Origin: Actinomycetota bacterium
Lineage (GTDB): Bacteria; Actinomycetota; AC-67
Assembly (NCBI GenBank): GCA_046565595.1
Contig: JBKHYG010000025.1
Location: 1-48,595 of the forward strand
Direction of reading: 5' to 3'
DNA length: 48,595 nt
The position numbers were made by a program, and so were the translations under genes. Shown piece after piece: positions 17,800 to 27,519 of the stretch; the first letter of the stretch is position 1; every line of letters starts with the position of its first letter. The notes beneath the pieces were generated by a model that was not told the DNA's origin, ran no database searches, and worked only from the letters and a program-made list of their open reading frames with translations.

Positions 17800-18856
17800 C
17801 GTCCCTCCCAAGCAGGCCACCTGGTCGGAAGATCAGCACCAGCACGAGGATGCTGAAGGCGATCACATCTTTCAACTGGTTCGGCGAAGGAACATCGAAT
17901 CCTCGCAGGAGGAGGAACGGGAAGACCGACTCGAGCAGGCCGAGCAACAGGCCCCCCAGGGCCGCACCCGAGATACTGCCGATCCCGCCGAGGACCGCAG
18001 CTGTGAAGGCCTTGATCCCAGGGAAGAACCCCATCTGGAAGGAGACCTGACCGAACACCAGCGCGAACAGGACCCCGGCGATCCCTGCCATGATCCCGCC
18101 AACAGCGAAGGTGGTCGAGATGACCCGGTCGACGCGGATGCCCATGAGAGCTGCGATCTCGCGATCCTGCGCGGTGGCTCGCATCGCCTTGCCGGTCTTG
18201 GTCTTCGAAACGAAGTATCCAAGAGCGAGCATCGAGATGGTCGCAACCACGATCGTCAGAACCTGGGCTCCGCCGAAACGGAAGCCCAGGATCGTCACAT
18301 CGCCCTTCAGGACATCCGGCTGCGGATAGCCCCGTGTCTGGGGTCCCCAGAAGCCAAGCGCGGTGTACTGCAAGAAGAGCGAGGCTCCGATGGCGGTGAT
18401 CAAAGGAGCGAGCCGGGAGGATCCTCGGAGAGGTCGGTAAGCGACCCTCTCCAACAGGACCGCAACTCCCGTGGAGGCCGATATCGAAACGAGGAACAGG
18501 ATCGCGATCGACAGGATCGGAGAGTCATCCAAGAGTCCTCGGGTGTCCAGCACCCTGGCGAAGAAGAACGAGGTGAACGCTCCGACCATGAACACCTCGC
18601 CGTGCGCGAAGTTGATCATCAGCAGGATGCCGTACACGAGGCTGTAGCCGAGGGCGATCAGAGCGTAGACCGCTCCTTGAGAGATGCCCAGCGCGATCAG
18701 CTCGCGCCAGACCTCTGCAGAGAGCCGTTGCCCCGCGGGCATCGTCAGCGTGGACCATGCGCCGGCCGCGACCACCGTGGCCACGACCAAACCGAGGCAG
18801 ATCTTCGCGACCGTGAAGGGCGAGACTGGCCGCTTGACGACCGTAGGAGTCGGCAT
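17783..18856 (-). CDS. livH: Branched-chain amino-acid ABC transporter permease
   Basis: GAVYALIALGYSLVYGILLMINFAHGE, GKAMRATAQD, KAFTAAVLGGIGS, FRPGGLLG. Confidence 0.93.
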   Translation of the reverse strand: MPTPTVVKRPVSPFTVAKICLGLVVATVVAAGAWSTLTMPAGQRLSAEVWRELIALGISQGAVYALIALGYSLVYGILLMINFAHGEVFMVGAFTSFFFARVLDTRGLLDDSPILSIAILFLVSISASTGVAVLLERVAYRPLRGSSRLAPLITAIGASLFLQYTALGFWGPQTRGYPQPDVLKGDVTILGFRFGGAQVLTIVVATISMLALGYFVSKTKTGKAMRATAQDREIAALMGIRVDRVISTTFAVGGIMAGIAGVLFALVFGQVSFQMGFFPGIKAFTAAVLGGIGSISGAALGGLLLGLLESVFPFLLLRGFDVPSPNQLKDVIAFSILVLVLIFRPGGLLGRDDVEKV

Positions 18857-18887
18857 CCTTCGGGAGTCTAGGTCCTATGGGTAACGG

Positions 18888-18916
18888 AACGGGCGAGCCC
18901 GGAGGGCTCGCCCGTT
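18888..18916. terminator. Perfect 13-bp hairpin between the binding-protein gene and livH
   Basis: aacgggcgagccc-gga-gggctcgcccgtt; typical position for a partial terminator or mRNA stabiliser. Confidence 0.75.
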
Positions 18917-18933
18917 GCGTATACCGGATCCGA

Positions 18934-20223
18934 TCAGACCTGATCCAGCGTCTTGGTGTCGGTGTACACCGGCTGTGCGTCCGGGGTACCACCCTCCACC
19001 GGCCAGGCTGGGGCCTCGTAGATCGCGATGGTTACCGCGGTGGCGCAGTCTCCGAGCGAAGAACAGGAGATGGTCCCCGACAGGCCGTCGAAGCCCTCGG
19101 TCTCCTGTACCGCGTCCCGAAGAGCCGTCCGAGAGATCGTCACCGTTCCGTCGTCTGCGACCTCCGCGACCTCTTCTATGGCGGCGAACAGGATCTTCGC
19201 GGCGTCATAGGCGTGGGCGTGGAAGGCAGCCGTCGGCGCGGTCCCTCGCAACTCGGTGTACTGAGGCAGGAACTCATCCTTGAAGAACGAGTCCTCCTTC
19301 AGGCTCGAGAAGTCCGGACCTGATGCGTACGCCCCATCGGCAGCGTCACCTGCTGTGTCCAGGAAGGTCGGCTCGAGGCACCCATCGGCACCGGCTAGCG
19401 CGGTGTCCGCGAGTCCCGGAACCGAGGCCGCTTGCTTGGCGATCAGCCCGCATGCGGGGTTGAAGTTCGGGAAGAACAAGAAATCGGGCTTCCCGGCTGC
19501 CAGGGTAGTCAGAACCGGCTTGAAGTCGGTGTCTGAACTCTGGATAGCTTCGCTGCCCGTTACGGTTCCACCGAGCTTCTCGAAGTTGTCGCGGAAGACC
19601 GCGGCCAACGCGTCGGCGTAAGGCGACTCATCGTTGATGGTCGCTGCCGAACGCGCCTCCAGCTCGTTGTAGGCGAAGTCCGCGACGACCGCACCCTGGA
19701 TCTTGTCATTATGGGCGGTACGGAAGTAGAACGGCTGGTGCTCGCCTTCGGCGGTCAGGTTCGGGTTGGTGTTGGAGGGCGAGATGATGACGATGCCCTT
19801 GTCGCTCAGGATCTTGTCAGCGACACCCAACGCGGCACTCGAGCAACTCGTGCCGATGACCCCGACGAGGCTCTCGTTAGCGGCGAGCGTGGTAGCGCCC
19901 TTCTGTCCGCCTTCCTTCGAGCAGCCATCGTCTTCATTGACCATACGGACCTCGTGGCCAACGAGTTGGCCGGCGGTGCCGTCGATCGTTCCATCTAGCG
20001 AGTCGATGGCCAGTTCGACACCGGTCTGACTGTCGAGCCCCAGGAAGGCGACATCACCGGTGATGGCCAGCAGGGTCCCGACCTGGATCGGTTCACCGGC
20101 CGCGATCGTGATGCAACCGAACGGGTCCTCTTCACAGTTGACCCCCGAGCCGCTTGGCGACGACGCACACGCGGCAGTTACCACCGTCAACACGGCTCCG
20201 GCCGCGAGTAGGCGTTTCCTCAT
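18934..20223 (-). CDS. Branched-chain amino-acid ABC transporter substrate-binding lipoprotein (LivJ/LivK family)
   Basis: Lipobox TAAC; EDDGCS, GVIGTSCSS, ISPSNTNPNLT, FFRTAHND..QG, AHAYDAA. Confidence 0.92.
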   Translation of the reverse strand: MRKRLLAAGAVLTVVTAACASSPSGSGVNCEEDPFGCITIAAGEPIQVGTLLAITGDVAFLGLDSQTGVELAIDSLDGTIDGTAGQLVGHEVRMVNEDDGCSKEGGQKGATTLAANESLVGVIGTSCSSAALGVADKILSDKGIVIISPSNTNPNLTAEGEHQPFYFRTAHNDKIQGAVVADFAYNELEARSAATINDESPYADALAAVFRDNFEKLGGTVTGSEAIQSSDTDFKPVLTTLAAGKPDFLFFPNFNPACGLIAKQAASVPGLADTALAGADGCLEPTFLDTAGDAADGAYASGPDFSSLKEDSFFKDEFLPQYTELRGTAPTAAFHAHAYDAAKILFAAIEEVAEVADDGTVTISRTALRDAVQETEGFDGLSGTISCSSLGDCATAVTIAIYEAPAWPVEGGTPDAQPVYTDTKTLDQV

Positions 20224-20316
20224 GGATGATCTCCCCCTTCGGACGATCCCCGACGACGAAAGCCGACGGGGTGGCCAAGTCTAGCGCTGAAACCCGGGGT
20301 ATCCGTCAAGTCGGGT

Positions 20317-20904
20317 CTATGGAGTCTTCAGGTCGAGGCTACCTTCGAGTACCGCGGTGGCTGCTTCAGGCATCGAGATGCGCCGCGACATCGCCGCTTG
20401 CTGTAGCAAACGGAAGGCCTCTCCTTCGGGCAACCCGAGGTCATCCATCAGACGACCTTTGGCCCTGTCCACCAGTTTCCTGGCCTCCAGCCGGTCTGCG
20501 AGGTCGCCAACCTCGTCCTCCAAAGAGGCGATCTGTTCGTAGCGGCCACGAGCGATCTGGATCGCCGGCATCAGGTCCTGCTTCTGGAACGGTTTGACCA
20601 GGTAGGCCATCGCTCCGGCATTCGCGGCACGCTCGACCAGTTCTCGTTGCGAGTACGCGGTGAGGATCAGCACAGGCGCGATCCGCTCGTCGCTGATGAT
20701 CTGCGCGGCGGTGAGGCCGTCCATCACCGGCATCTGCACATCCAAGATCACCAGGTCGGGCCTCTGCGCTCGCGCGGCATCCAAGGCGAGCTTGCCGTCG
20801 GGAGCCTCGGTCACTTCGAAGCCCTCCTCGGTCAGCATCTCTTTCAGATCGAGGCGGATGATTGCATCGTCCTCGCCGATCAGCACCCTGGCGGTCGTGG
20901 TCAT
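20317..20904 (-). CDS. Response regulator with ANTAR RNA-binding output domain (PdtaR-like)
   Basis: Receiver EDD, DVQMP, LTAYS, YLVKPF; ANTAR motif RKLVDRAKGRLM...EAFRLLQQAAMSRR. Confidence 0.93.
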   Translation of the reverse strand: MTTTARVLIGEDDAIIRLDLKEMLTEEGFEVTEAPDGKLALDAARAQRPDLVILDVQMPVMDGLTAAQIISDERIAPVLILTAYSQRELVERAANAGAMAYLVKPFQKQDLMPAIQIARGRYEQIASLEDEVGDLADRLEARKLVDRAKGRLMDDLGLPEGEAFRLLQQAAMSRRISMPEAATAVLEGSLDLKTP

Positions 20905-20938
20905 GGCGCGAGGAGTGTACGCGAGCCTGCGAGGGCCG

Positions 20939-21211
20939 TTATCGGCCCTCGTCCAGCAGCTTGTCGACCTCTTGGCTCAGATGTTCGAGGCTCCTCTGAG
21001 CTTCGGCCTTCACCCGCTTCAACCGCTCTAGGTCGCGTCCGGCCTCATCGGCTTCACGATCGGCGAGCGGTGTCTCGCTGACGATGGCGCGCAACGACGC
21101 CTCGCCTGAGACCTCCTCTTGGAAGGAGATCTGCTCTTCGAGGATCTGGATCTCGCGGCGAAGCTGAGCGATCTCGTTCGCCAGAGCGTCGAGCTTCGCG
21201 TCGCGGCTCAT
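20939..21211 (-). CDS. Small coiled-coil hypothetical protein
   Basis: ATGA overlap with the upstream acyl-CoA dehydrogenase; heptad-like charged helices flank a central RAIVSETPLADRE segment. Confidence 0.75.
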   Translation of the reverse strand: MSRDAKLDALANEIAQLRREIQILEEQISFQEEVSGEASLRAIVSETPLADREADEAGRDLERLKRVKAEAQRSLEHLSQEVDKLLDEGR

Positions 21212-22848
21212 CGCGGATCGAAGGCCAGCCGTGCCTCATCCTCGTTGGTGACGCCATGATCGGATCCGATCAACGGCGTGGCCGAGAAGATCCGAGCAGC
21301 CGTAGCGGTCCGAGCATCTCCGGAGCGCAGATCCGCCAAGCCTTCCGAAACCAACAGCGCCAACGCGAGGGTGTTCGCCAGGCCGAAGGCGATCCTGCGG
21401 GCATCCTGTTCGGCGGGCTCGACGAGCATCTTCTCCAACGCGTCGCATGCCTCGGCCACCTGTGCTGCCTGCAGGCCGAGCGTCCGGTCGTCGACGGCTG
21501 GCGCGACGCGCTCTCGGATGTCAGCGATCAGAGCAGCGCCTGTACCTCCGCGGCTGATCACGCGAAGGACATCGAGGGCGATGACGCTCGTCGTGCCCTC
21601 CCAGATACAGTTCACATGGGTGTCCAGATGGATCCTTGGGATACCGGTGTCGTTGACATAGCCGGCTCCCCCGAAGCTCTCGATGATGTGGCTCGTCAGT
21701 TCGGCGCCTCCCCGCGCGCACGCCAACTTCGCCAGCGGAAGCACGAGTCTGGCCGTCCCGTCGGGATCGCCGCCAGTCTCGGCTTGGCCGAGCAGTTGAG
21801 CACCACGGTAAGCGAGCGCGTGAAGAGCGTCGTAGCGAGCAGCCAGCCCAGCGATCCATCTGCGATGAAGCGGCAGGTCCCGCAACGGTCGACCGAAGGC
21901 CTGCCTGCGGTTCGCATAGTCGCGGATCAGACCGAGACCTTCACCCACCGCCGAGACGCTCCCTAGGGCCGCGTGCAACCGGGTGATGTTGAGCATCGGC
22001 CCCACCTTGCGAACGCCATCACCGATACCCCCAACCGGATACGCGATCGCTCCGTCCAGTTCGAGTTCGGCCGTGGGCAGCGCCTTGGTCCCCATCTTGT
22101 CCTTGAGCCGCCTCACCGCGATCCCGTTCCAAGATCCGTCGGGGTTACGCAACGGCACTGCGAACAGAGACAAGGCTCGACTTCCCTCGCCAGCACCCTC
22201 TGGTCGCGCCAACGCGAGTGCGAGATCGGCGGTGGTCGCGCTGGTGAACCACTTGGTTCCGTGCAGCGTCCAGGTGCCGTCGCCATGCTTGATCGCTTCG
22301 GTCCCTGTCCGACCGACATCGCTTCCACCTGCCTGCTCGGTCATCCATTGCCCGCTGGTCCACCCGTACTCCCTGCGCAACATCGGGACTCCGAACCTCT
22401 CTGCGAGTTCGGGGTCTTCGCGGCGGAGCACGCTTATGGCCGCATCTGTCATCGACAGTGGACAGTCGGCGGTCGCGCTCACCGGCCCGAAGAGATCGAC
22501 GACCGCAGCCTGGACGATCCGGGATGCGGGTCCGAATTCCGCCTCGTACGGGATCGCGGCTATCCCTATGGACTGGCCCCGTTTGACCAGTTCTGTCCAG
22601 GCGGGATCCACGACAATCTGGTCGATCCGGTTGCCCCAAGCATCGAACCGCACCAGATGGGGAGGGTTGGCTTCGGCCTGTTCAGCCAACGGAGCCCACT
22701 CTTCTACCGCGCGTTTCCCCAGGTCAGCGAGCCATTCGCCTACCTCGGAGAGGACCTCGTCGGGCAACAGCCGCTCGACACGGTTACGAAGGACGCGGTC
22801 GGTCTCCCACCGGTCCTGGCGGACAGGGCCATCTTGGACGAATCGCAC
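21208..22848 (-). CDS. Acyl-CoA dehydrogenase family protein (AidB-like)
   Basis: CPLSMT, GQWMTEQAGGSDV, GTKWFTS, RLKDKMGT, FGGAGYV, IWEGT. Confidence 0.9.
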   Translation of the reverse strand: MRFVQDGPVRQDRWETDRVLRNRVERLLPDEVLSEVGEWLADLGKRAVEEWAPLAEQAEANPPHLVRFDAWGNRIDQIVVDPAWTELVKRGQSIGIAAIPYEAEFGPASRIVQAAVVDLFGPVSATADCPLSMTDAAISVLRREDPELAERFGVPMLRREYGWTSGQWMTEQAGGSDVGRTGTEAIKHGDGTWTLHGTKWFTSATTADLALALARPEGAGEGSRALSLFAVPLRNPDGSWNGIAVRRLKDKMGTKALPTAELELDGAIAYPVGGIGDGVRKVGPMLNITRLHAALGSVSAVGEGLGLIRDYANRRQAFGRPLRDLPLHRRWIAGLAARYDALHALAYRGAQLLGQAETGGDPDGTARLVLPLAKLACARGGAELTSHIIESFGGAGYVNDTGIPRIHLDTHVNCIWEGTTSVIALDVLRVISRGGTGAALIADIRERVAPAVDDRTLGLQAAQVAEACDALEKMLVEPAEQDARRIAFGLANTLALALLVSEGLADLRSGDARTATAARIFSATPLIGSDHGVTNEDEARLAFDPR

Positions 22849-22939
22849 GATGCCTCCAGGCTACCCGCTTCTGACCCTCACATAACCCCTCCGACGGGCC
22901 ATTGTCGGAGCAGGCAGGCGGGACGAAGATGGGGACAGG

Positions 22940-23518
22940 ATGAAGGAGAGGAAGGGTTCGGTCTGGTCGTTGCTCCGTCGGGACGCGGCCACGATCAGCG
23001 GTGCCATCGGCGGATTGTCGGCCATCGTGATCGCCCTTGCTGCCGCCGTCGGCATCGGTGAATGGCTGGCCTCGCCCTCTCTTCCCGATGACAACTTCCG
23101 CGCACCGGTGCCGGCCATGGGCAGCTTCGAGTCTCCGCCGGTCAGCAGCACACCGTTGGGAGAAGCTCCAGCCGATGCGGCTACGGATGAGCCCGTGGCA
23201 GCGTCCTCTGATGCGCGCGGCCAAGAGCCTGCCGATCGACCCAGCGACCCTCAAGCCAACGGCGGAGACAACGACCACAGAGGATCGCCGACCAAGGGAA
23301 CCACCGAAGAGGAAGAGCCCGTGGAACCCGTGGACCCACCCGCACCTCCCGAGGCCGAGTTCGACGCGGCCCGGTTCATCGAGGATGCAACCAGATCCCT
23401 CGGAGATGCGACCCCCGAGCCGGTGGGTGGACTCGTAACGGGCCTAGGCAAGACGACCTCTGGTGTCCTGCGTGGCGCAGGGAACCTGGTGGGTGGCCTG
23501 CTGACCGTCAGGATCTGA
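22940..23518 (+). CDS. Hypothetical membrane-anchored protein with acidic/Pro-rich linker
   Basis: Fills the gap between annotated genes; one hydrophobic segment (ISGAIGGLSAIVIALAAAVGIG), low-complexity middle and Gly/Leu-rich amphipathic tail. Confidence 0.65.
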   Translation: MKERKGSVWSLLRRDAATISGAIGGLSAIVIALAAAVGIGEWLASPSLPDDNFRAPVPAMGSFESPPVSSTPLGEAPADAATDEPVAASSDARGQEPADRPSDPQANGGDNDHRGSPTKGTTEEEEPVEPVDPPAPPEAEFDAARFIEDATRSLGDATPEPVGGLVTGLGKTTSGVLRGAGNLVGGLLTVRI

Positions 23519-23617
23519 GCAGGAACGACCGCGTATCGGCACCGTTCCCCGCGTCAGTGACCCCGATGCAGTTGACCCTCCGGCTAAGTGCGCAGCAAAC
23601 CGCCTGAACGACACGAG

Positions 23618-23700
23618 TGCCGGGGAAGGGAGTCGAACCCCCACGCCCTTGCGGGCAGCGGATTTTGAGTCCGCCGCGTCTGCCATTCCGCCACCCCGGC
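23618..23700 (-). tRNA. tRNA-Leu (anticodon CAA), CCA not encoded
   Basis: GCCGGGG-TGGCGGAATGGCAGACGC-GGCGGA-CTCAAAA-TCCGCT, long variable arm GCCCGCAAGGGC, T-arm GGGGGTTCGACTCCCT, acceptor CCCCGGC-A; TATACT -10 upstream. Confidence 0.97.
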
Positions 23701-23734
23701 TGGGTGGAGGGCGAGTATACGGAACGCGGTGGGG

Positions 23735-24931
23735 TCAGCCTTTGACGAACACCAGAGCTGTCGCCACGGGTCGCTCCGCACCCGGCGGGTTGTTCAGGAC
23801 CCGGCCTCGCACGGTGAGCGTCGAGGATCCACCGCCATCGAGGTTGTAAGCATCGACCACTCCCAGGCGCTTCAGGAACCGCGCAGCCTCGCCGAGCGTC
23901 ATGCCCTGGCGCGACCGTTGGCGCCCGTCGATCGTGACGAGTACGAGAGATCCGTCGTCGCGCATCCCCACGATCGTTCGAGGATGGCGTCTGCTGGCAA
24001 GTGAACCAGACCCGCTCACATCCCGGCCGTTGCGCAGGACCTCCGGTTTCGAAGACATCAGATTGAAGGGGGCATCATCGAGCTCGAGGGCGACCACATC
24101 GGTCAACTCGCCGGCCTGTATGCGGTTCCAGACCGTCTTCAGTGCCTCGGCTCCCTGGCCTAGAGCCGACAGGATCACACCGTCATGAGGGATCCATCCG
24201 CCGCCCGGGCGGATGCCGACCACCGTGTACGGGGTGCGGCTTCCAAGTTCGATGCCACCCGTGCCTCTACGAAGCACCAGTTCCGTACCACCGCTGACCG
24301 GTGTCGAACCTGCCATGCGCCTGGTGTAGGCGACGATGCCTTGCTTCGAGCGAGGGAGGTTCGCCCCATCCAAGGCGATCATCTCTTCGCCCGGTCCGTT
24401 AGAGCCGAAGGGGCCTTGCAGCACCGTCGGTGTTTCTGGCGTCCACATGATCAGCCGTAAGGAAGGTGGCGTGGTGGGAGCCATCACTAAGCCCTCGACG
24501 CCTAGATGTGCTCGCCTAGTTCTGGTTGAACGCAACAGTTCGCCGTCAGAGACGACCGCCCCTACCGGCACGCCCCTATCGCGGTCGAAGAACGCCCCAT
24601 TCACGCCAACGATGCACCCGACTCGCGCGCACATCGACGAGGTCCGCTCGGTCCTGGTTCCCTGCCCCGCGATCCGCTCTCTGCTCAGGATCTGGCGCGG
24701 CAAGACATCCGCGTTAGGCCCGATGCGAACGACCGTGACCTCTTGGCCCTGCTTGCGGTACCGGACCAAGTCGATGTCCTTGTCGAGCCTGTTAGATGCT
24801 TCGCGCCAGTCAGGCAGCCGCGGTAGGCCTCCGATCGAGGAGGCTTGGGCAGCAGGCGGAGCCAAGAGCCCGAGCAGCGCGGCGAGCACGACCATCGGTC
24901 GTGACGCAGAGCGGCGGGAGGGCGCGTTCAT
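23735..24931 (-). CDS. Secreted phosphodiester glycosidase (NAGPA/DUF2233 family)
   Basis: Signal-like VVLAALLGLLAPPAAQA; GVNGAFF, HPRTIVG, VTIDGRQ, GMTL, AYNLDGGGSS. Start uncertain (24931 or 24895). Confidence 0.85.
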   Translation of the reverse strand: MNAPSRRSASRPMVVLAALLGLLAPPAAQASSIGGLPRLPDWREASNRLDKDIDLVRYRKQGQEVTVVRIGPNADVLPRQILSRERIAGQGTRTERTSSMCARVGCIVGVNGAFFDRDRGVPVGAVVSDGELLRSTRTRRAHLGVEGLVMAPTTPPSLRLIMWTPETPTVLQGPFGSNGPGEEMIALDGANLPRSKQGIVAYTRRMAGSTPVSGGTELVLRRGTGGIELGSRTPYTVVGIRPGGGWIPHDGVILSALGQGAEALKTVWNRIQAGELTDVVALELDDAPFNLMSSKPEVLRNGRDVSGSGSLASRRHPRTIVGMRDDGSLVLVTIDGRQRSRQGMTLGEAARFLKRLGVVDAYNLDGGGSSTLTVRGRVLNNPPGAERPVATALVFVKG

Positions 24932-25028
24932 CGGGTACGAACATTCTGTCTGAAGCAGCCGCTTCCTGCTAGTGGTTCGGACCAAAGCGTCTGCTTCGTC
25001 CGCCAACCCTTTGCCTATGCTCAGGTTC

Positions 25029-26909
25029 GTGAACCAGATCGAGGATTACGCGCTGATCGGCGACTGCCGTTCGGCTGCGCTGGTCGGTCTCGACGGCAGC
25101 ATCGACTGGCTCTGCTTCCCACGGTTCGACGCACCGAGCGTCTTCGCGAAGATCCTCGATCCAGACCGCGGCGGCTCCTTCCAGATATCGCCAACCGCGG
25201 ACAGCGAGGCGAGCCGCGCCTACCTGGAAGACACCAATGTGCTGGTCACGCGGTGGGAGAACGCCTCGGGCGTCATCGAGGTGACCGACCTCATGCCTCC
25301 CGAGGACGCGCAAGGTGTGACCGACGCATTCGCGCGACACACCTTGGTCCGCGGGGTTCGCTGCATCTCCGGCACGGTGGAGTTGAGCGTCAGCTGCTCT
25401 CCACGTTTCGAGTACGGCAGGTTCGTGCCGCGCTTCAGGCAGATCGATCCGGTCACCGTAGACATCGTCGGAGGTGCAGACGCGCTGCTGGTCACCGCGA
25501 CCCACCCTCTGACCGCTGGGGCGGATGATGCGAGCGCGTTGTGGACGCTGCGCGAGGGAGAGGAAGCTTGGATCCGGGCTACCTGGCGGCGCAGTTTCGA
25601 GGATCGTCCCGAGGTCGCGCCCGGTTCGACCGGGGTCGAAGCTTCAGCCACCGCAGATGCGACCATCCGGTATTGGCGAGAGTGGATGCGATCCTGCATC
25701 TACACCGGCCCGTACTCGGACATGGTGAGACGCTCTGCTCTCGCTCTCAAATTGATGACCTACAGGCCGAGCGGAGCCGTGATCGCCGCGCCCACCACCT
25801 CGCTACCCGAATCGATGGGGGGACCCAGGAACTGGGATTACCGCTATACCTGGGTGCGAGATGCGACCTTGACACTCTCCTCTCTGGTCGTCCTCGGATT
25901 CATGGAAGAGGCCGACGCCTTCAAGACCTTCTTGGAGAGGGCGGGCGCGGGGCGACCGCAGGATCTGCAGATCATGTTCGGTATCGGCGGGGAACGCGCC
26001 TTGGACGAGGTGGAGCTGACCCACCTGTCCGGGCATCGCGGGTCGCGGCCGGTGCGGATCGGGAACGGTGCGGCCACGCAGTCCCAGCTCGATTCGTTCG
26101 GACAGATCCTCGACGCCGCCTACCTGTTCGGGAAGGTGGGCGGCGAACTGACGGCTGACAACTGGCGGTTCCTGGCGGGATTGGCCGACATGATCGTTGC
26201 ACGCTGGCGGGATCCGGACCATGGGATCTGGGAGGTCCGAGACACCCCGCGCCACTTCACCCATTCTCGAGTCAACTGCTGGTTGGGCTTGGATCGGGCC
26301 GTCAAGATCGCGGAAGGTCTCGGACTTCCGGGCAACCTCGAGAGATGGAGCCAGGAGCGGGATGCGATCTCGTTGGAACTGCGCAACCAGGCCGCCTCAT
26401 GCGGGTGGTACTCGCAGGCCGCCGGCTTCGAAGCGGCCGACTCGGCGGCGTTGCTGGTTCCGGCGCTCGGGTTCACCGCCGCCGACGACCCGCTGGTAGC
26501 CGAGACCCTTCGGCGCGTACGCGAAGAGCTCTCCTCGGGCGGGTTGCTCTATCGGTACCTGAACGCCGATGGGCTCGAAGGCGAAGAGGGCTGCTTCCTG
26601 CTGTGCTCGTTCTGGATGGTCGACTGTCTCATCTACTCTGGGCGGATCGATGAGGCCGAAGCGTTGCTGGAACGGCTGATGGGGCTCGCGAACGATGTTG
26701 GGCTGTTAGCAGAGGAGGTCGATCCCTCTACGGGGGAAGCCCTTGGCAATTTCCCTCAGGCCTTCAGTCACATGGCCCTGGTCCTCAGTTGCGTTCATCT
26801 GGCCGCGGCCAAAGCGGGTGCCGTAGCAGACGGTACGGCGAGTTTCGCCGAACTCGCGGTCAGTCATCTTCACGGCGTTGCGAAGCCTCCCGACGCCGTG
26901 TCTGGATGA
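25029..26909 (+). CDS. Glycoside hydrolase family 15 (trehalase/glucoamylase-like)
   Basis: IEDYALIGD, DWLCFPRFD, AAPTTSLPE, RNWDYRYTWVRDA, GIWEVR, GLLAEE, GNFPQAFSH. Probable leaderless GTG at 25029, 7 nt after TATGCT. Confidence 0.93.
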   Translation: MNQIEDYALIGDCRSAALVGLDGSIDWLCFPRFDAPSVFAKILDPDRGGSFQISPTADSEASRAYLEDTNVLVTRWENASGVIEVTDLMPPEDAQGVTDAFARHTLVRGVRCISGTVELSVSCSPRFEYGRFVPRFRQIDPVTVDIVGGADALLVTATHPLTAGADDASALWTLREGEEAWIRATWRRSFEDRPEVAPGSTGVEASATADATIRYWREWMRSCIYTGPYSDMVRRSALALKLMTYRPSGAVIAAPTTSLPESMGGPRNWDYRYTWVRDATLTLSSLVVLGFMEEADAFKTFLERAGAGRPQDLQIMFGIGGERALDEVELTHLSGHRGSRPVRIGNGAATQSQLDSFGQILDAAYLFGKVGGELTADNWRFLAGLADMIVARWRDPDHGIWEVRDTPRHFTHSRVNCWLGLDRAVKIAEGLGLPGNLERWSQERDAISLELRNQAASCGWYSQAAGFEAADSAALLVPALGFTAADDPLVAETLRRVREELSSGGLLYRYLNADGLEGEEGCFLLCSFWMVDCLIYSGRIDEAEALLERLMGLANDVGLLAEEVDPSTGEALGNFPQAFSHMALVLSCVHLAAAKAGAVADGTASFAELAVSHLHGVAKPPDAVSG

Positions 26910-27519
26910 GTTCCTCTAGCGCCGCCATATCGCCCCGCCTGACCAGATCCACAGGATCAGGATCGCCACATACGATCGACTCGAAGAAGCGTTGCCTCTG
27001 CTGATAGTCGGACAGTTCCCTCTGAGACCAATCCCGTTCCTGGCCTAAGCGCTCGGCCAGCCTGCCGAACCCGGTCGCTTGCGCGGCGATCAGGTCCCGG
27101 AGGCGTTTGGCGAGGGTCGGGCTCGTTCCTGCGGTAGAGACCGCCACCGAGACGGGACCTTCTCTATGGACCGCCGGAACCGTGAAGTTGCAGAGTGCTG
27201 GCACGTCCACGATGTTGCACAGCATCCCCCGTTCCTCGGCCATCCGCGCGATCCGCTCATGCAGTTCGGTGTCGTCGGTCGATGCGACGACCAGGAACCT
27301 CCCCTCGAGATCGCTCTCTTGGAATACCCGCTTCTTCCAACCGATGCGCCCTTGCTCCGAGAGCTCCTGTATGCGTCGGGTCGCTCTAGGGGCGACGACG
27401 GTCACCTGTGCGCCGCACGCCAGCAGGTTCTCGGTCTTCCCGGTCGCCACCCGTCCACCACCCACCACCAGGCATGGCCGCTCATCCAGCACGAGCGCGA
27501 CCATGTACCTGTCGGTCAT
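26860..27519 (-). CDS. Precorrin-2 dehydrogenase/sirohydrochlorin ferrochelatase (SirC/Met8/CysG N-terminal type)
   Basis: Rossmann motif CLVVGGGRVA, CNIVDVPALCNFTVPA, VSTAGTSPTLAKRLR; ATGA overlap with trpA. Confidence 0.88.
   Translation of the reverse strand: MTDRYMVALVLDERPCLVVGGGRVATGKTENLLACGAQVTVVAPRATRRIQELSEQGRIGWKKRVFQESDLEGRFLVVASTDDTELHERIARMAEERGMLCNIVDVPALCNFTVPAVHREGPVSVAVSTAGTSPTLAKRLRDLIAAQATGFGRLAERLGQERDWSQRELSDYQQRQRFFESIVCGDPDPVDLVRRGDMAALEELIQTRRREASQRREDD

Noticed and set aside
22940-23700. Genomic island integrated at tRNA-Leu
   Set aside because: No integrase, no duplicated tRNA 3' end found by eye, and no obvious composition shift.
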